DNA of 64,000 bases from Octopus sinensis (taxonomy: Eukaryota), in NCBI RefSeq assembly GCF_006345805.1, contig NC_042998.1, positions 182,900,001 to 182,964,000 on the forward strand, read 5' to 3'. Under the pieces are notes generated by a model. That model was not told the origin of the DNA, did no database searches, and was given only the letters and a program-made list of their open reading frames with translations. The position numbers were made by a program, and so were the translations under genes. Numbering within the stretch: the first letter of the stretch is position 1; every line of letters begins with the position of its first letter. Of this stretch, positions 26,191-38,870 are shown one piece after another.

Positions 26191-27877
26191 TCGAGAATGT
26201 AAAAAAGGATAAAGCAAAGTCTTCAGTGTGAGTATGTGGTTTGTGGGGTCGACCGCGTCCTCTGCTTCATTTTTTGTAATCACTCATTCTCATTTAATTG
26301 TATATATATTAATTGTTTGTTTATTCATGTTTCGTCTCATTCGATACGCTGACCCCAACGTTTGTTTTGTCCCCTCTTTTTCTCAACCTTATGGTGAATA
26401 AAGAAATACTCTCTCTCTCTCTCTCTCTCTCCCTCTCTCTCTCTCTCTCTGAACATACTGCATGATACTTTGAAAAGTATAGGAATATGCGCAGAATAAT
26501 ATATGTTCTTGATTAAAACTGGAAATAATTCAATGAAACCTCCCTTATAATTAACTTTTTTTTTTCAAAGAAAGGTAGGACTGCTACCTGCTTGAAAAGT
26601 ATGATATTGTGAAAGAAGTACTTAATGAGTAACAGCTTGATGATCTAAAATATCTAAAGCAAATTGGATATAATTTTCAATGTTTAACACCGTTATCTTG
26701 TTTATTGTATTTTTGAGTAAAAACCAGAGCTAAGAAATTTTAATTTAACCAAGGTAACCAGCTAGAGAAGACACACAGGTGTGTTTTTAGTCAACGTATA
26801 AGGAATTCTAAAAACACGTGATAACTTAATGATTTATCTTAAGTTAGCTGGTGGTAACAATCAGTGCAAATTTAGAAATAGATATCAATAAGAATTTATT
26901 ATGTAGTTGTCAAGGTTGAAGAAAGAATGAGATTCTAGTTTAATAAATTGTAAGGTCAAATACATTGTGGCAGAAGACACTTGTGATGATTGGAGATAAA
27001 AAAAAACTGATGGCGATGCAGTGTAGATATAAATATTATAAATACATGCTCTAAAGTTGAAGTTAATAGTCTGAAAAATTATAGTCTTTATGTCCAACAT
27101 TTTAGATATTTTATCGGGCAGAACTATTTAACTCATTGCTGCAAAAGTTATAAAACAGATAAAGTTAATAATTATGTTCATTGTTTTTTTTTTCTTACTG
27201 ATATTAGTTTTTGTAAAGATATTCCAATCTGTTACTAACTGAAGCTTGAAGCGACTGATAGAATAGATTTTTTCTTCCGTCATTCTGTTGAAAATTTGAT
27301 ATCTTAGATTTGTTTGGTAAATCAATTTTGTTGAGATTAGGTTACATCTATTTAGTTTTCTTACTCCTCATCAATACCAATAATATCACTTGTCATTTAG
27401 AAATTTACTCTTCAACACACTTTGTTTTATTTTTATTGCCATTCTTATTTGTATCATTGGGTTTTCTTGGGTTTTTTAACATTGGAATTTTCTGAGAAAC
27501 TGTTTCTTTCTACAATTAAGTCTATTTTAGTAGTCCTAAACTTTATTATACAGTCTAATTTTTATAAAGCTGCCTTAGTTATCATGTTATATGCATTCCT
27601 GGCTTATACTATTAAACCACTTTCATCGTAAGTAGACTAGAAAATTATTCTCTTAATAAATCAACACTTCATTTTGTGTTATTCTCTACTCATCTGTCAA
27701 CTTCAGTGTATTGTCAGTTTGCTATAATATATTAAGCTAAGGTGATAAGAGTTCCTATATATGATCTTTGAGACATATATACCATTCAATTTGTTTCTGT
27801 CTACATAACTTAATATTAAATAAAAATCTCTCTTTCAATTCATTTATTAATTTAAAAAGATATAATAATAATAATAA

Positions 27878-28063
27878 TGTGCTGTTTATCTTGATATGAG
27901 ATCACCATGTTGCGCACATATGGTTGTGATGCATGTGCCTGGTGTACCCTTATCAGATGGGTAGTCATGATGGGTATATTGGGCTTCGTATATTTTACCC
28001 CAGTGTCACTTTGATGATATGAACTGCTCTCTCACTCAGTAATAATAATAATAATAATAATAA
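27878..28063 (+). mobile_element. Probable LINE 3'-UTR fragment with an (AAT)n tail, inserted in (AAT)n
   Basis: Higher-GC ~160-bp block bounded by (aat)n on both sides; family not assigned. Confidence 0.45.
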
Positions 28064-29727
28064 TCCAATAGAAAGAAGCAATTTTTAAATTTCATTTGAT
28101 TTTTTATTGAAGAGATTACAGTATCTGTACAATAAGAAATATGTTATTCTTATCTTTTGTTATATATGGTAAAGTAAAAAAGACAGATTTTTTGCAATAA
28201 TGTTAGTGGAATTTTCCATATTAGGGATCTCGTAAAATAGTTACACTGGCATAATATTTATTTTCAGTCTCTAATATGTTATAGTTGTTATCTGATATCA
28301 CTCTATTTCATTATCTTATGACTAATATTCATCAGATAAAACTTCAGTAAAATGTTATCATTGTTTTCCTTACTTTTAGTATTTCATTTATAAGAAATAG
28401 CTTGCCATATGATACATAAATTCAGCTATTGTTAGACAATCTGTTATTGCCTGCTTTATGGATCATCTAAATTTTAACGTTCCTATTTATAGAATGCATC
28501 CAATAAAATATACATTTCAGTCCCTTCTTCTTCATTGTGAATGTTTCCTAATCACACAGTATTACACTTCTACTTCCTTGTAATACAGCTTAATTTCAGT
28601 TGGTATAGAGAATACTTTTGGCATTAAGCTTTACATAGTTCTCAGGCTCTCTTGCTGTGAAACACAAGTTACTCTGTTATCATTAAGCTTACTACTGATA
28701 ATAATTAGATTACCCAAATATCAAAGCTTATGTTCCAGTGATACTTTGTTGTAAGCCATATTATATTCAGTTATATTATGTTTCATGTAGGGAGCAAATA
28801 AAACGCTTGTCTCCTCTCAAGTGGCTTCAACCATTTGCATCATTCATGCAACTTGTAGCTGCCCTACCCAGAGTAATATTAAATTACATTTTACTCTTGT
28901 TTACTGCTATAAACAAATTGTTGTCTGTTTTGTTTTGGGGTTTGTTTTTTTTTACTTTTTTTAATGCATTTTTTTCCTCTTTTCATAAGATAATGAATTG
29001 AATTTCAGATAATTGATAGTTCTCTGTATTAGCAACACCCAATTTAGTAAAATATTGTTGTTGTTATTGTTGAATCTTTGATAAACCACAGATCTCTAAT
29101 CCCATCTCTTCAGACAGTGTATATAAGACTATTCTATCTAATAAGTCCTTCCTCCTTTTTTTTTTTTTTAAACAGTTGGGTAAGATTTGAGAGGGATTTG
29201 GATGCTATTTATACACTGTTGTTCAGCCATGTAGAGGTTTCTTTTAGTAAAAAGTAATACATGCTGGTGTAAATACATGAAGAATTACCTTATAATATCT
29301 GTGGTGGGTGTTTTTTCTTGACTGCAAGCATAGCTGTATGGTTAAGATGTTCTCAACCACATGATTTCAGGTTCAGTCCCATTGTGCAAGTACCCCACCA
29401 TTGTGGTACATTGAGCAAGGTACCACACAAGGTGGTAGATTATCTACCACTATAACACCAGACAGACCAAAGTCTTGTGAGTGGATGTGGTAGACAAAAA
29501 CTGAAAGAAGCCAATTGTATGTGTGCATGTATATATATATATTAATGTTTGTTTTTATGTTCAATTATAATAAAAACAATTTTGCATTAATCTGAAGAGC
29601 CTTTCTATACTTTTGTAGACTATAAATTTATCATTCAAGAAGAATTGTATTGATAGTGACTTCAAAGTTTTAGTTTTGGCCAGCTAAGTCATCATTGGAT
29701 TATATTGTTTATGTATGTGTGAATGTA

Positions 29728-29761
<34 letters not shown>

Positions 29762-29896
29762 AATGTGAATACTAGCCTACTCACTTAGCCAGCAGAGTGG
29801 TGTCACTTGATAGCTAAAACAATGCGAAGCGCATTGTGACCAGCAATGTGTAGCAACATCTCATAGCCTGGTCAGTCATGTAATCACGTGGTATAT

Positions 29897-29939
<43 letters not shown>

Positions 29940-31271
29940 CATTCATAGGAATTTCAACTGTGTTTTGTGGTCTGCTACCACAACAGCTCCTTTATAGGAT
30001 CCAGTTAGCTCAAGACATCATCAGGAGGAACCACGTCCAGTTTCGGCCCCTACTCCTCTACCGTTTTGACGTGGCAGGGCCCCCCTTTTGGAGGTGTCTT
30101 CAGCTTTGGTGTTGGGTGCATGTCTTCTTTCTTCTGTTCCCTGGCCTCTTCAATGTAGCATCAACGAGTGTCAGCGGGCAACTGACTGTTTTATGATATA
30201 AAAATTACAAGTTTCTCATCAAACGCTCATTTTTTGTTACTATTGTGTTAATGGTCAGCAAATTGAGAATAATTTTGAGGCAAATGCTTGAGGATAAAGA
30301 ATTACTTTATACAAATAAATAAATTGGTAGCTCAGTGTTTAGCATTTGACAATGTATAAATCTTTTGGTGTCATGTGTTTAGAACCTCCTAATATCATTG
30401 CGTTATACTGCATTACAAGGCTAACAAGGGAGCTTCTATGTGGTCATTTGGCCTGCAAGAAATAACAATAAAATCTTCTTCAAATCTTACCTTACCATCT
30501 TCAAATAGAAAGATACACTGCTTTCAACAAAAAAAGAAGACAAAAATGACCTCAGCTGATGTGTCTTTGATCATTACTATGCTTAGTCAGGGCTGACTTT
30601 GGGCTAAATAACTTATGCTAGCCTATTTGGTTGTGACATATGTACCATCTTCACTACAGAGGTGGGCTACTGTTAACAAAAAAAAATAAAATCTGCACCA
30701 TCTTCAAGCATAAAATATCAAAAATAGCACATTTGCAGAATTATTCAATCCATGCTGATATAAGAAAATGAGTGGAAAGACATTTAAGAAAATAACAAAG
30801 TTCATTTTAAAAGCATATGTAGATCTTAGTCACTATTACATATATAAAGTGAAGGAGATGTTATTTCAGTCTCTGCAACAGTATCCTGCAGTGTTCAAGG
30901 ATTACATCACTATGCCAGCTGGATGCTGTTCAACACCAATATATTTAGATATTAACAGTATTTACATTATTGACCATAAACTCTAATTTATTTATATTGG
31001 TGGTTAATGAGGTTAAATTAGATACCGTTTAACTGTTGTTATTAAAATACTACATATGGATACTGTCACTAAAAATATATATACACCTAAAAGAAAAACG
31101 GTAGGATGTGGAGCTGTGTCAGAGTTAGTTTGAAACTGCACTTTGTTCTATAAATTTGTTTCGTATCTTTTACACATCTGTCAGTACCTTTTCCTGTAAT
31201 ATTTTTTTATGTTCTAATTAAACATGTGAACCAAATAAGTATGAAAGGTAGAATAACAAAATGAAGTTTAA

Positions 31272-31491
31272 CCCTTTCATCACTGTATTTATTTTGAGAT
31301 GCTCTGTATTTCTTTCAATTACTTTAAATATAACAAAGAATTTAATAAATTAATTTAGTTATCATTCAGTTAGTGTTAGGAACATAACTTGTGACTAAGG
31401 TTTGGTGGAAGATTTTAATTCCAAACTTATGAAAACAAAACATTTGTACTCAGAGCTAGGGCCAGATTCAGCCGGGTTGGTAATGAAAGGG
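31272..31491. mobile_element. piggyBac-like MITE
   Basis: TTAA at 31268-31271 and 31492-31495; TIR ccctttcatcac / gtaatgaaaggg. Confidence 0.8.
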
Positions 31492-33197
31492 TTAAATAAG
31501 ATTTATTTAGATTCTGAACTGAAGTTTTTACAAGTGCATAGTTTAAATAACAGAAAATTGAATGTGAGGACACCATTGTTGAGTTACTAATTAGATTCAA
31601 TATTTCAGACGTTGCTCTTTATGTAACATGTCCATAGTTATTTTAAAGCAATAGCTGCAAAGTTGATACATGAAACCAACTACACACACACACACATGCA
31701 TGCATGCACACACACGCACACACACACACACACACACACATGCTTCATGAACCCCTGCTAATCAGAGCTGATCATGTATCTGCACATATACAGGCAGGCC
31801 TGATCATGGTATTTAGTGGAAGGCAGATTGTTGCCCAAGCATGCAAGTATGCCTTCTGCATCCCACCAGTATTGTCCAAAAGAAAAGCTAGCACTTAAAA
31901 GCTGACACAACTTTACACCTGCTTCACAGCAGGTGTTGCTGTCAGAATGCAAAGATCTAGAACAGGTGTTTCAAGATAATCCATCCAACATTCTAACAGT
32001 TCCAGATTGATACTTTATTTATTAACCCTCCAAAAATGAAAGACAAAGTCAACCCTATTATGATTTGAACTCAGGATGCAAAGAGTTGAAACAAATACTG
32101 TGAGGTAGTCTGCTCCTTGTTCTAATAGCTCTGCATTAAAAGATGGGTTTACAACAAATGCATGTCTCACACACACACACACATTTCCTGCCAAGAAAAA
32201 AAGGAATTCCGTATGCTGTATAAACACGGATTTTGATAAAAGGTTTCATGATGATATACTCACCTTCTTATACCTTGAAAGTTCACTCTGGCATCCCATC
32301 ACTACTATTTTTCTTCTTCCTTGCTATTATGTTAGGTGGAGTAGCCATCTATCTCCTCTATAACAAGACATCTGTGCTTGTCTCTCTAACATGCTTTTGC
32401 TGACCCACACCAGACATAAAAAACCCTCTCTTCTCAAGTACTCTTCATCTTCCACTTAGTTGAGGAGGCTTTTTTCTGTTTTAAAATTAGTTGGTGACCT
32501 CACTAGTGCTGTGGTGTGAAAAAAGCACCCAGCATACACTTTAAAGTGGTTGGCATTAGGAAATGCACCTAGTTGTAGAAGCCATGCCAAAGCTGGCATT
32601 GGAGCTCAATGCAGCCCTGTAACTTGTTGCCAACTCATGCCAGCATGGAAATGGGATGCTAAATGATGATGATGACAACAACGAGCAAGCTCAGAGCAAC
32701 TGAACAGGCTCATAAATGCATTATGCTTGGAACATATGAAGAGAAAATATGACAACATAATGGGTTAGTAAATTAAATGTCATTGTCAAGTTTGCAAAAT
32801 CATCGCAATGGAGTTGGACTGAAAATGCCCAGACAACTAGTGATCATATTGGGGACAGGAAAAGCTGATAGACTGGATTCTTAGAGACCATAAAAGAGAT
32901 GGTGGGTGATTAAAAAATGAGATGGAGGAAAGAATTGGAGAGATCTGATAAAAATTGGAGATGAGAAACTGAAAGCAAAAAGTTTTTGAAAGATATAGGA
33001 AGACCTTCTAACCAATAGAAAACATTGGCTGATTTCCTTGACTGATATAAGCGCAAATACATATACACATATCATGTTGTACACATCTCATTGTCACATT
33101 CAAAATATAATATACCTATAAACACTCACACATGTACATGCACACACACACACACGCACACACACATACATACATATACTTGTATACTCGAATATAT

Positions 33198-33505
33198 AAA
33201 AATTGGAAATGTCAAATTGGATAAACTTAGTACTCCTCTTATTAGTAATAGAACTAAACCAGTCAACAACTTGAAATGAATTAGACCATAAACTAAGTTT
33301 CAATTTTTTAATTAAATTAGGAACATATTTATCTCGAATATTTTTACTAAGCACACCGATGTCAGATCTAGAAGGGCAGATAAGTCTTAATGATGGGTTA
33401 TTAAAAAAATGTTGTTTGTGATCTTTCAAAATGAACTGAGGTTGCTTAGGATCAAGTGGTTCTGTCTTCATTTGTAGGTTATACTTATGTTAAAATGTCT
33501 TATTG
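33198..33505 (-). pseudogene. Penelope-like element reverse transcriptase fragment
   Basis: FILKDHKQHFFNNPSLRLICPSRSDIGVLSKNI..LWSNSFQVVDWFSSI..KFIQFDISNFY resembles the PLE RT segment LKDHK.NF..NP..RLINP..S.IG..SK..W.N...V..WF...FI.FDI..FY. Confidence 0.8.
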
Positions 33506-33519
33506 ACTTTTATTTCTTC

Positions 33520-33608
33520 ACTTCTCTGAAGAGAAGATTACATTGTTTTACACCAATTTATTCCTATGGAATAATATTACTGATATCTTCGAAACATGTG
33601 TCGGAAGT
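33520..33608 (+). ncRNA. Type I hammerhead ribozyme (PLE pLTR) with long stem II
   Basis: Stem I acttct/ggaagt; CTGAAGA 33526-33532; stem II gaagat/atcttc enclosing ~46 nt; GAAAC 33591-33595; loop atgt; GTC cleavage triplet 33600-33602. Confidence 0.85.
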
Positions 33609-33808
33609 AAAAGTATTTGAATTATACCTGCGTTAAACTCCATTTATTTATTTATATATTATACAAAAAAATTCCACGTAAACCAGAAGTTTCTACCTTT
33701 AAAAACAAGGAGTTACAACCTCTTGTGTGATGTTTTGCTACCCTGGTAACTATTTATCTATTTTTTCCATGTTAATTGTTAACAAGGGAAAAATACACAC
33801 ACTCTCCC

Positions 33809-33839
<31 letters not shown>

Positions 33840-34399
33840 ATATCCACGTACACACAGACACCTTGCTTGTTTACACACTTACATAATTTCACCTCTCCCT
33901 CCCTCCCTCTCTCCACCCCAAAATGTAAGTCACTGGAAGCTGAAGCTTTAATCTATGTCTATTGAAGTTTCATGAATAGCTGTCAAGTTACTAATGGGAA
34001 ATTGAATCCACATTGGATCTTTGTGATACATGTTATCTATTGTTTATTTAATATGTCTTCCGAGTTCTTTACTGATTCAATTGGAAGTAGTCTTGACAAT
34101 TACAAGTTAATATCATTAAAACATAAACTTAGTGCATAATATCAACATAAACAATTAAGGGCACACATTAACAGAATTAGTGTAATGATTGATTAAATAT
34201 TTAGATTTATAGGATATTGAAGGGCAGTCATTGAATTTCAGTTCAAGATAACTTTGCTATTTGTATTCAGGAAAGCAACTTCACTCTACTCCTTTCATCA
34301 TCATCATCATCATCACCATCGTCATCATCATTTAGCATCCTGCCTCAGCAAATTTCAGCAGACCTTTGTGAGTATGGAAAAATGGCCACTGAAACAATG

Positions 34400-34445
<46 letters not shown>

Positions 34446-34764
34446 AGTGGATGGCATTAGGAAGGGCATCCAGCAGTAGAAACCATGCCAAAACAGACTG
34501 AAGTCTGGTGCAGCCTTCCAGCTTGCCATCATGGACAACAGACGTTAAATGATAATGATGATGATAATAAATATAAGTGTAAGATCCAAGGATTGGTGTG
34601 TAGGAAGAAAGTGAGCTTCAAGCAATGCATAGAAAATATAAAAAGACAACTTTCAGGAACAATAGTGGTTTATTGGGGCTGAAATTTATGGATTTTTTTC
34701 TGTATCAACGTATTGAAAAAAAATTATTTTATATTTCATGTATGTAAATAAAAATCCAAGAGTT

Positions 34765-35056
34765 AAGGAATGAAGTAGATAAGACTCAGGCTACGTATGT
34801 TTTATAGGAAGCGGAACCTTGGAAATGGTAAATATCCAAAGCAAGGTGTACTCTTCAGGCGAAGGATATCTTGACTAAATGAAGGTTGCTTTGTTGTTAG
34901 GAGGCCCTTGTTAACATGTGGAGGCCTCCTAACAAAGTAAACTTCATTTAATCAAGATACTCTTGGCCTGAAGTGTAGCCTGAGGTACACACCTGGTTCC
35001 AAGGTTCTGCTTGCTATGAAAGATATGTAGACTGGATTTTATTTACGCCATTCCTT
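34765..35056. repeat. Imperfect inverted repeat; each arm is a decayed HHR-bearing PLE terminal repeat
   Basis: Arms ~34765-34906 and ~34923-35056; minus arm gcCTGAAGAgta..tataAAACatacGTAgcc, plus arm ggcCTGAAGTgta..tatGAAAgatatGTAgac. Confidence 0.7.
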
Positions 35057-35092
35057 GGATATATATATATATATATAAATAATTATAAATTC

Positions 35093-35276
35093 TTTTATTT
35101 GTCTCAGTCATTTGATTGCGTTATGCTAGCCCCAGGACGTTTTTTATAAGTCTAGTACTTATTCTATCAGTCTTTTTTGCCAAACTGCTCAGCTATAGGG
35201 ATGTAAATTCACCAACACCAGTTGTCAAGTGGTGATGTGGGGACAAACAAATACACAATGACATACACACACATAG

Positions 35277-35321
<45 letters not shown>

Positions 35322-35457
35322 ACTTCTTTCAGTTTCCATCCACCAAATCCACTTATAAGGCTTTGTCAGCTCGATACTTGCCCATGGTGCCACATAATGG
35401 GACTGAATCTGGAACCAGATGGTTGGGAAGCAAACTTTTTACCATACTACCATGCCT
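35093..35457 (-). mobile_element. tRNA-SINE family B, degenerate
   Basis: tcttttatttgtctcagtcatttga...cttctttcagtttcc...gggactgaatctggaacc. Confidence 0.7.
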
Positions 35458-35480
35458 ATATATATGTATATATATACATA

Positions 35481-35800
35481 ATATATATAAACTAGAGAAA
35501 AACCACTATTATGTAATTCAAACAATGATAGACATAAACCATATCATATAGAAAAAATAAAATGTATTATAAAACATATAACTAGATCACAAAATGTACA
35601 AAAAAATGAATAAACAAAATAAAATAAGTAAAAAGACTACGTACGTTTTACTTATTATATATTGTTTACTCATTTTTTTGTATTTTTTGTGATCTAGTTA
35701 TACGTTTTATAATATATTTTATTTTTTCTTTATGATTTGGTTTATGTCTATCATTGTTTGAATTATATAATAGTGGTTTTTCTCTAATTTATATATATAT
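35481..35800. repeat. AT-rich imperfect palindrome (~150-bp arms) in (TA)n; probable PLE tail-to-tail remnant
   Basis: ctagagaaaaaccactatta...aataagtaaaa / ttttacttatt...taatagtggtttttctcta; centre ctacgtacgtttt. Confidence 0.8.
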
Positions 35801-36314
35801 ATTATATATTTATATTGTGAAATTTTCCCTGCAAGTTAGGAGTTATACTCCCTGTTATTAATATATAATGTTGCCAAAATTACTTCCCAAAGACAAGGCT
35901 TTCTCTGCAGAACCAGTAATATTAAATATTCTATCTCTGATTAGTTGCAGACCTTCTGCAACAGAATTAAATTACTGTTTACATACCTGATGTTTGGATG
36001 TTTGTACTGCTGCTATGCTCATAGTACTGCTGGATTTAAAAGCCAGCAACTGACCTTTGATTGTCTTAAACAGTGTCTGCTTTGTTGCAGGCATTTAGGC
36101 CTGGTTTCTTCCCACCACTCTCAAAGTAAGTGAAGAAGATCACAGGTACTTTCCTTCTATATAATTTTAAGAAAATAAAAAAATAAGAACATCTTAGACT
36201 ACACCTAATCAGTTGACAAAGATCCACTCACCACCAAACCACATCCATTAATTCACAGACACTCTGTGTCCTCTCCCTGTGCCTTCTTGCAGATTTTAAC
36301 TTGTAAACTACAAT

Positions 36315-36690
36315 CAACTACATGTTGCCGTGGACATGTTTACAAAGTCAGAAAACAGCACAGCTCCCATGACTTTCGGAAACATTTTTTCATGCTAAGA
36401 GTTGCTGAAGCATGGAACAAACTGGCGGCATCAGTTGTTAGTTGTCGGAGCACTGCATCCTTCAAAACTTCCATGCTTTCTGAGATTTGCCAACACTAGA
36501 CCTGATTTTCTCCCCTCCATACACACACAAGCATGTATCTGACTCATACACTGTTCACTTTCCAGACATTTGTATATTACTGCATATGCTTTATATGCAC
36601 TTTTGACAAGTTGTGGTGCACCTGAGCACTGTATACAATAATTTCGTTATTATTATTATTAATATTATTATTATTATTATTATTAATATT
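36315..36690 (+). mobile_element. CR1-clade LINE 3' end
   Basis: RGHVYKVRKQHSSHDFRKHFFMLRVAEAWNKL..VVSCRSTASFK matches the CR1 C-terminal RGH..K..R..FFS.RV...WN.LP..VV...S...FK motif; (tta)n tail. Confidence 0.85.
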
Positions 36691-36990
36691 ATATGCATTT
36701 GCACTTTACTATACCTAGTGATCCAGTCAACTGACCAAATTTACTCACCAACAAACTACAACTACTGACTTACAGATACACTGGGTCTTCTCTCTGTCTC
36801 CTTTTGCTCTTCGTAACTATCAAACTACAAGCCGTCTCTATATTCTACACTAGAAATACACTTTTTTCCTTATCCCTATTGTATATCAACCCTTAAACTC
36901 TGCACTAAACACTATTCGTCTAAATTATACTTTTTTAAGCCAAAACAATGCAAGTTTTTTTTTATATTTTTTATTCAGAGGAATTGAGGT

Positions 36991-37137
36991 AATAATACAG
37001 GTTGATAGTGTTACCTGGTATATCAGTGTTTCAGGGTTAGGACCTCTTCCTCAGTTGTTATTCCAAAGATTTCCTGAGGAAAGAATCCTAACCTTGAAAT
37101 CCTGATATACCAGATGATACAATCAACCTGAATTATT
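36991..37137. repeat. Imperfect ~64-bp inverted repeat with HHR-like CTGAGGA...GAAAC arms
   Basis: Arms 36991-37054 and 37074-37137, ~19-nt spacer. Confidence 0.7.
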
Positions 37138-37171
37138 TTATTACTTGTACTGTTTTGGCTTTAAACTAAAA

Positions 37172-38130
37172 TCATCATCATCATCGCTTAACATCCGTTT
37201 TCCATGCTAGCATGGGTTGGACAGTTTGACCGGAGTCTGGGAAGCCAGAAGGCTGCACCAGGCTCCAGTCTGATCTGGCAGTGTTTCTACAGCTGGATGT
37301 CCTTCCAAGATGCCAACCACTCCGTGAGTACAGTGAATGCTTTTTTATATGTCACTGGCACAGGTGCAAGAGGAGGCTGGCAATGGCCATGATCGGTTGG
37401 TGCTTTTTATGTGCCACTGGCATGGAAGCCAGTCAAGGCGGCGCTGGTATCTGCCACGTTTGGATGGTGCTTTTTATGTGCCACCGCCACAGGTATCACA
37501 ACTACAATTTCCATTTGATATTTATTTTGATGTTGATGTGGTTGACTCAATAAGTCTCCTCAAGCATAGCAGGTTGCCCTACAATCCAAAGTAAGCACAG
37601 CAGGCCATTCTGCGAGCCATGAACTCACTTCATTTGTCGGGTCTTCGCAGTCACAGCATATCTCCAGAGGTCTCGGTCTTTTGTTAATGCCTCTGTGAGG
37701 CCCAATGTTCGAAGGTCATGCTATACCACCTCATCCCATGTCTTCCTGGGTCTACCTCTACCCCGGATTCCTTCAACAGTTTGGGAATGGCACTTCTTCA
37801 CACATCTCTCCTCATCCATCCGTAGTACATGACCATACCAACGCAAACGTCTCTCCTGCATGCCACATCCGATGCTTCTTATGTCCAACATTTCTCTCAG
37901 GGCACTTACACTCTGTCGAGCATGCACACTGACATTACACATCCAGCAGATCATGCTAGCTTCATTTCTTTAGAGCCTACACATGCCCTCAGCAGTCACG
38001 GCCCATGTTTCACAGCCATGAAGCATGGCAGTTCACACATGTGTCATAAAATCTACCTTTCACTTTGAGCGAGAGACCCTTTGTTGCCTGTAAGGGAAGA
38101 AGCTTTCTAAACTTTGCCCAGGCTATTCTT
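37172..38130 (-). mobile_element. RTE-clade LINE, 5'-truncated; the longest family C copy
   Basis: RIAWAKFRKLLPL..KGLSLKVKGRFY..AMLHGCETWAV..MICWMCNV..RRLRWYGHVLRMDEE..GRGRPRKTWDEVV, followed by the family C 3'UTR and (gat)n tail. Confidence 0.92.
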
Positions 38131-38255
38131 AATTCTTATTATCAAAAACATTTATGTATGTGAGATAAAGCTTTTCATATATACTACTACACTTTTCTAA
38201 ATCTTTTTCTTGTGAATTAGAAATAGTGTAATCTAAACTTTCAAATTTTGACATA

Positions 38256-38660
38256 GGTACAAGAGTGGCTGTGTGGTAAGTAGCTTGCTTATGGACCACA
38301 TGGTTCCGGGTTCAGTCCCACTGCATGGCACCTTGGGCAAGTGTCTTCTACTATAGCCTCAGGCCAACCAAAGCCTTGTGAGTGGATTTGGTAGACAGAA
38401 ACTGAAAGAAGCCTGTCATATATATATATGTATGTATGTATGTATCTGTGTTTGTCCCCCCAATATCGCTTGACAACCAATGCTGGTGTGTTTAGGTCCC
38501 CATAACTTAGCGGTTTGGTAAAAGAGCCCGATAGAATAAGTACTAGGCTTACAAAGAATAAGTCCTGGGGTTGACTTGATTTGACTAAAGGCAGTGCTCC
38601 AGCATGGCTGCAGTCAAATGACTGAAACAAGTATAAGAGTAAAAGAGAGTAAAGAGAGTA
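38256..38660 (+). mobile_element. tRNA-SINE family B, full length
   Basis: A box gtggctgtgtgg, B box gggttcagtcc, internal microsatellite, (aaagagt)n-like tail. Confidence 0.88.
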
Positions 38661-38689
38661 TAAGACTAGCAAGACTAGCAGTTGGGTAT

Positions 38690-38870
38690 GAGGTAATAAA
38701 TTACACCAACCCCAGTACTTGACTGGTACTTTATTTTACCAACCCCAAAAGAATGAAAGACAAAATTGGTCTTAGTGAGATTTTGTGCTTAACATTTAAA
38801 GATCTGGAAAAAAATGCTGCTTAGCATTTAGTCCAATGCTCTAACAATCCTGCCTGTTCGTTACCTTCAA
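38690..38870 (-). mobile_element. SINE family D, degenerate
   Basis: ccccagtacttgactggtactttatttt..ccccaaaagaatgaaagacaaa..ttagcattt..tctaacaatcctgcc. Confidence 0.6.

Larger units (their letters stand above)
20978..26408 (+). mobile_element. Full-length L1/Tx1-clade non-LTR retrotransposon inserted in (CT)n
   Basis: 5'UTR, ORF1 with CCHC knuckle, ORF2 APE-RT-Zn finger, T-rich 3'UTR, AATAAA at 26397-26402, no poly(A); (CT)n on both sides; CpG-rich compared with the flanks. Confidence 0.95.

Noticed and set aside
23558-26283. Antisense ORFs within the LINE
   Set aside because: Shadow frames of ORF2 with no independent motifs
29990-30185. GC-richer block with minus-strand TGAAGA..GAAAC and CTGATGA motifs
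   Set aside because: I could not assemble a consistent stem I, stem III and cleavage triplet; possibly a decayed HHR but unsupported
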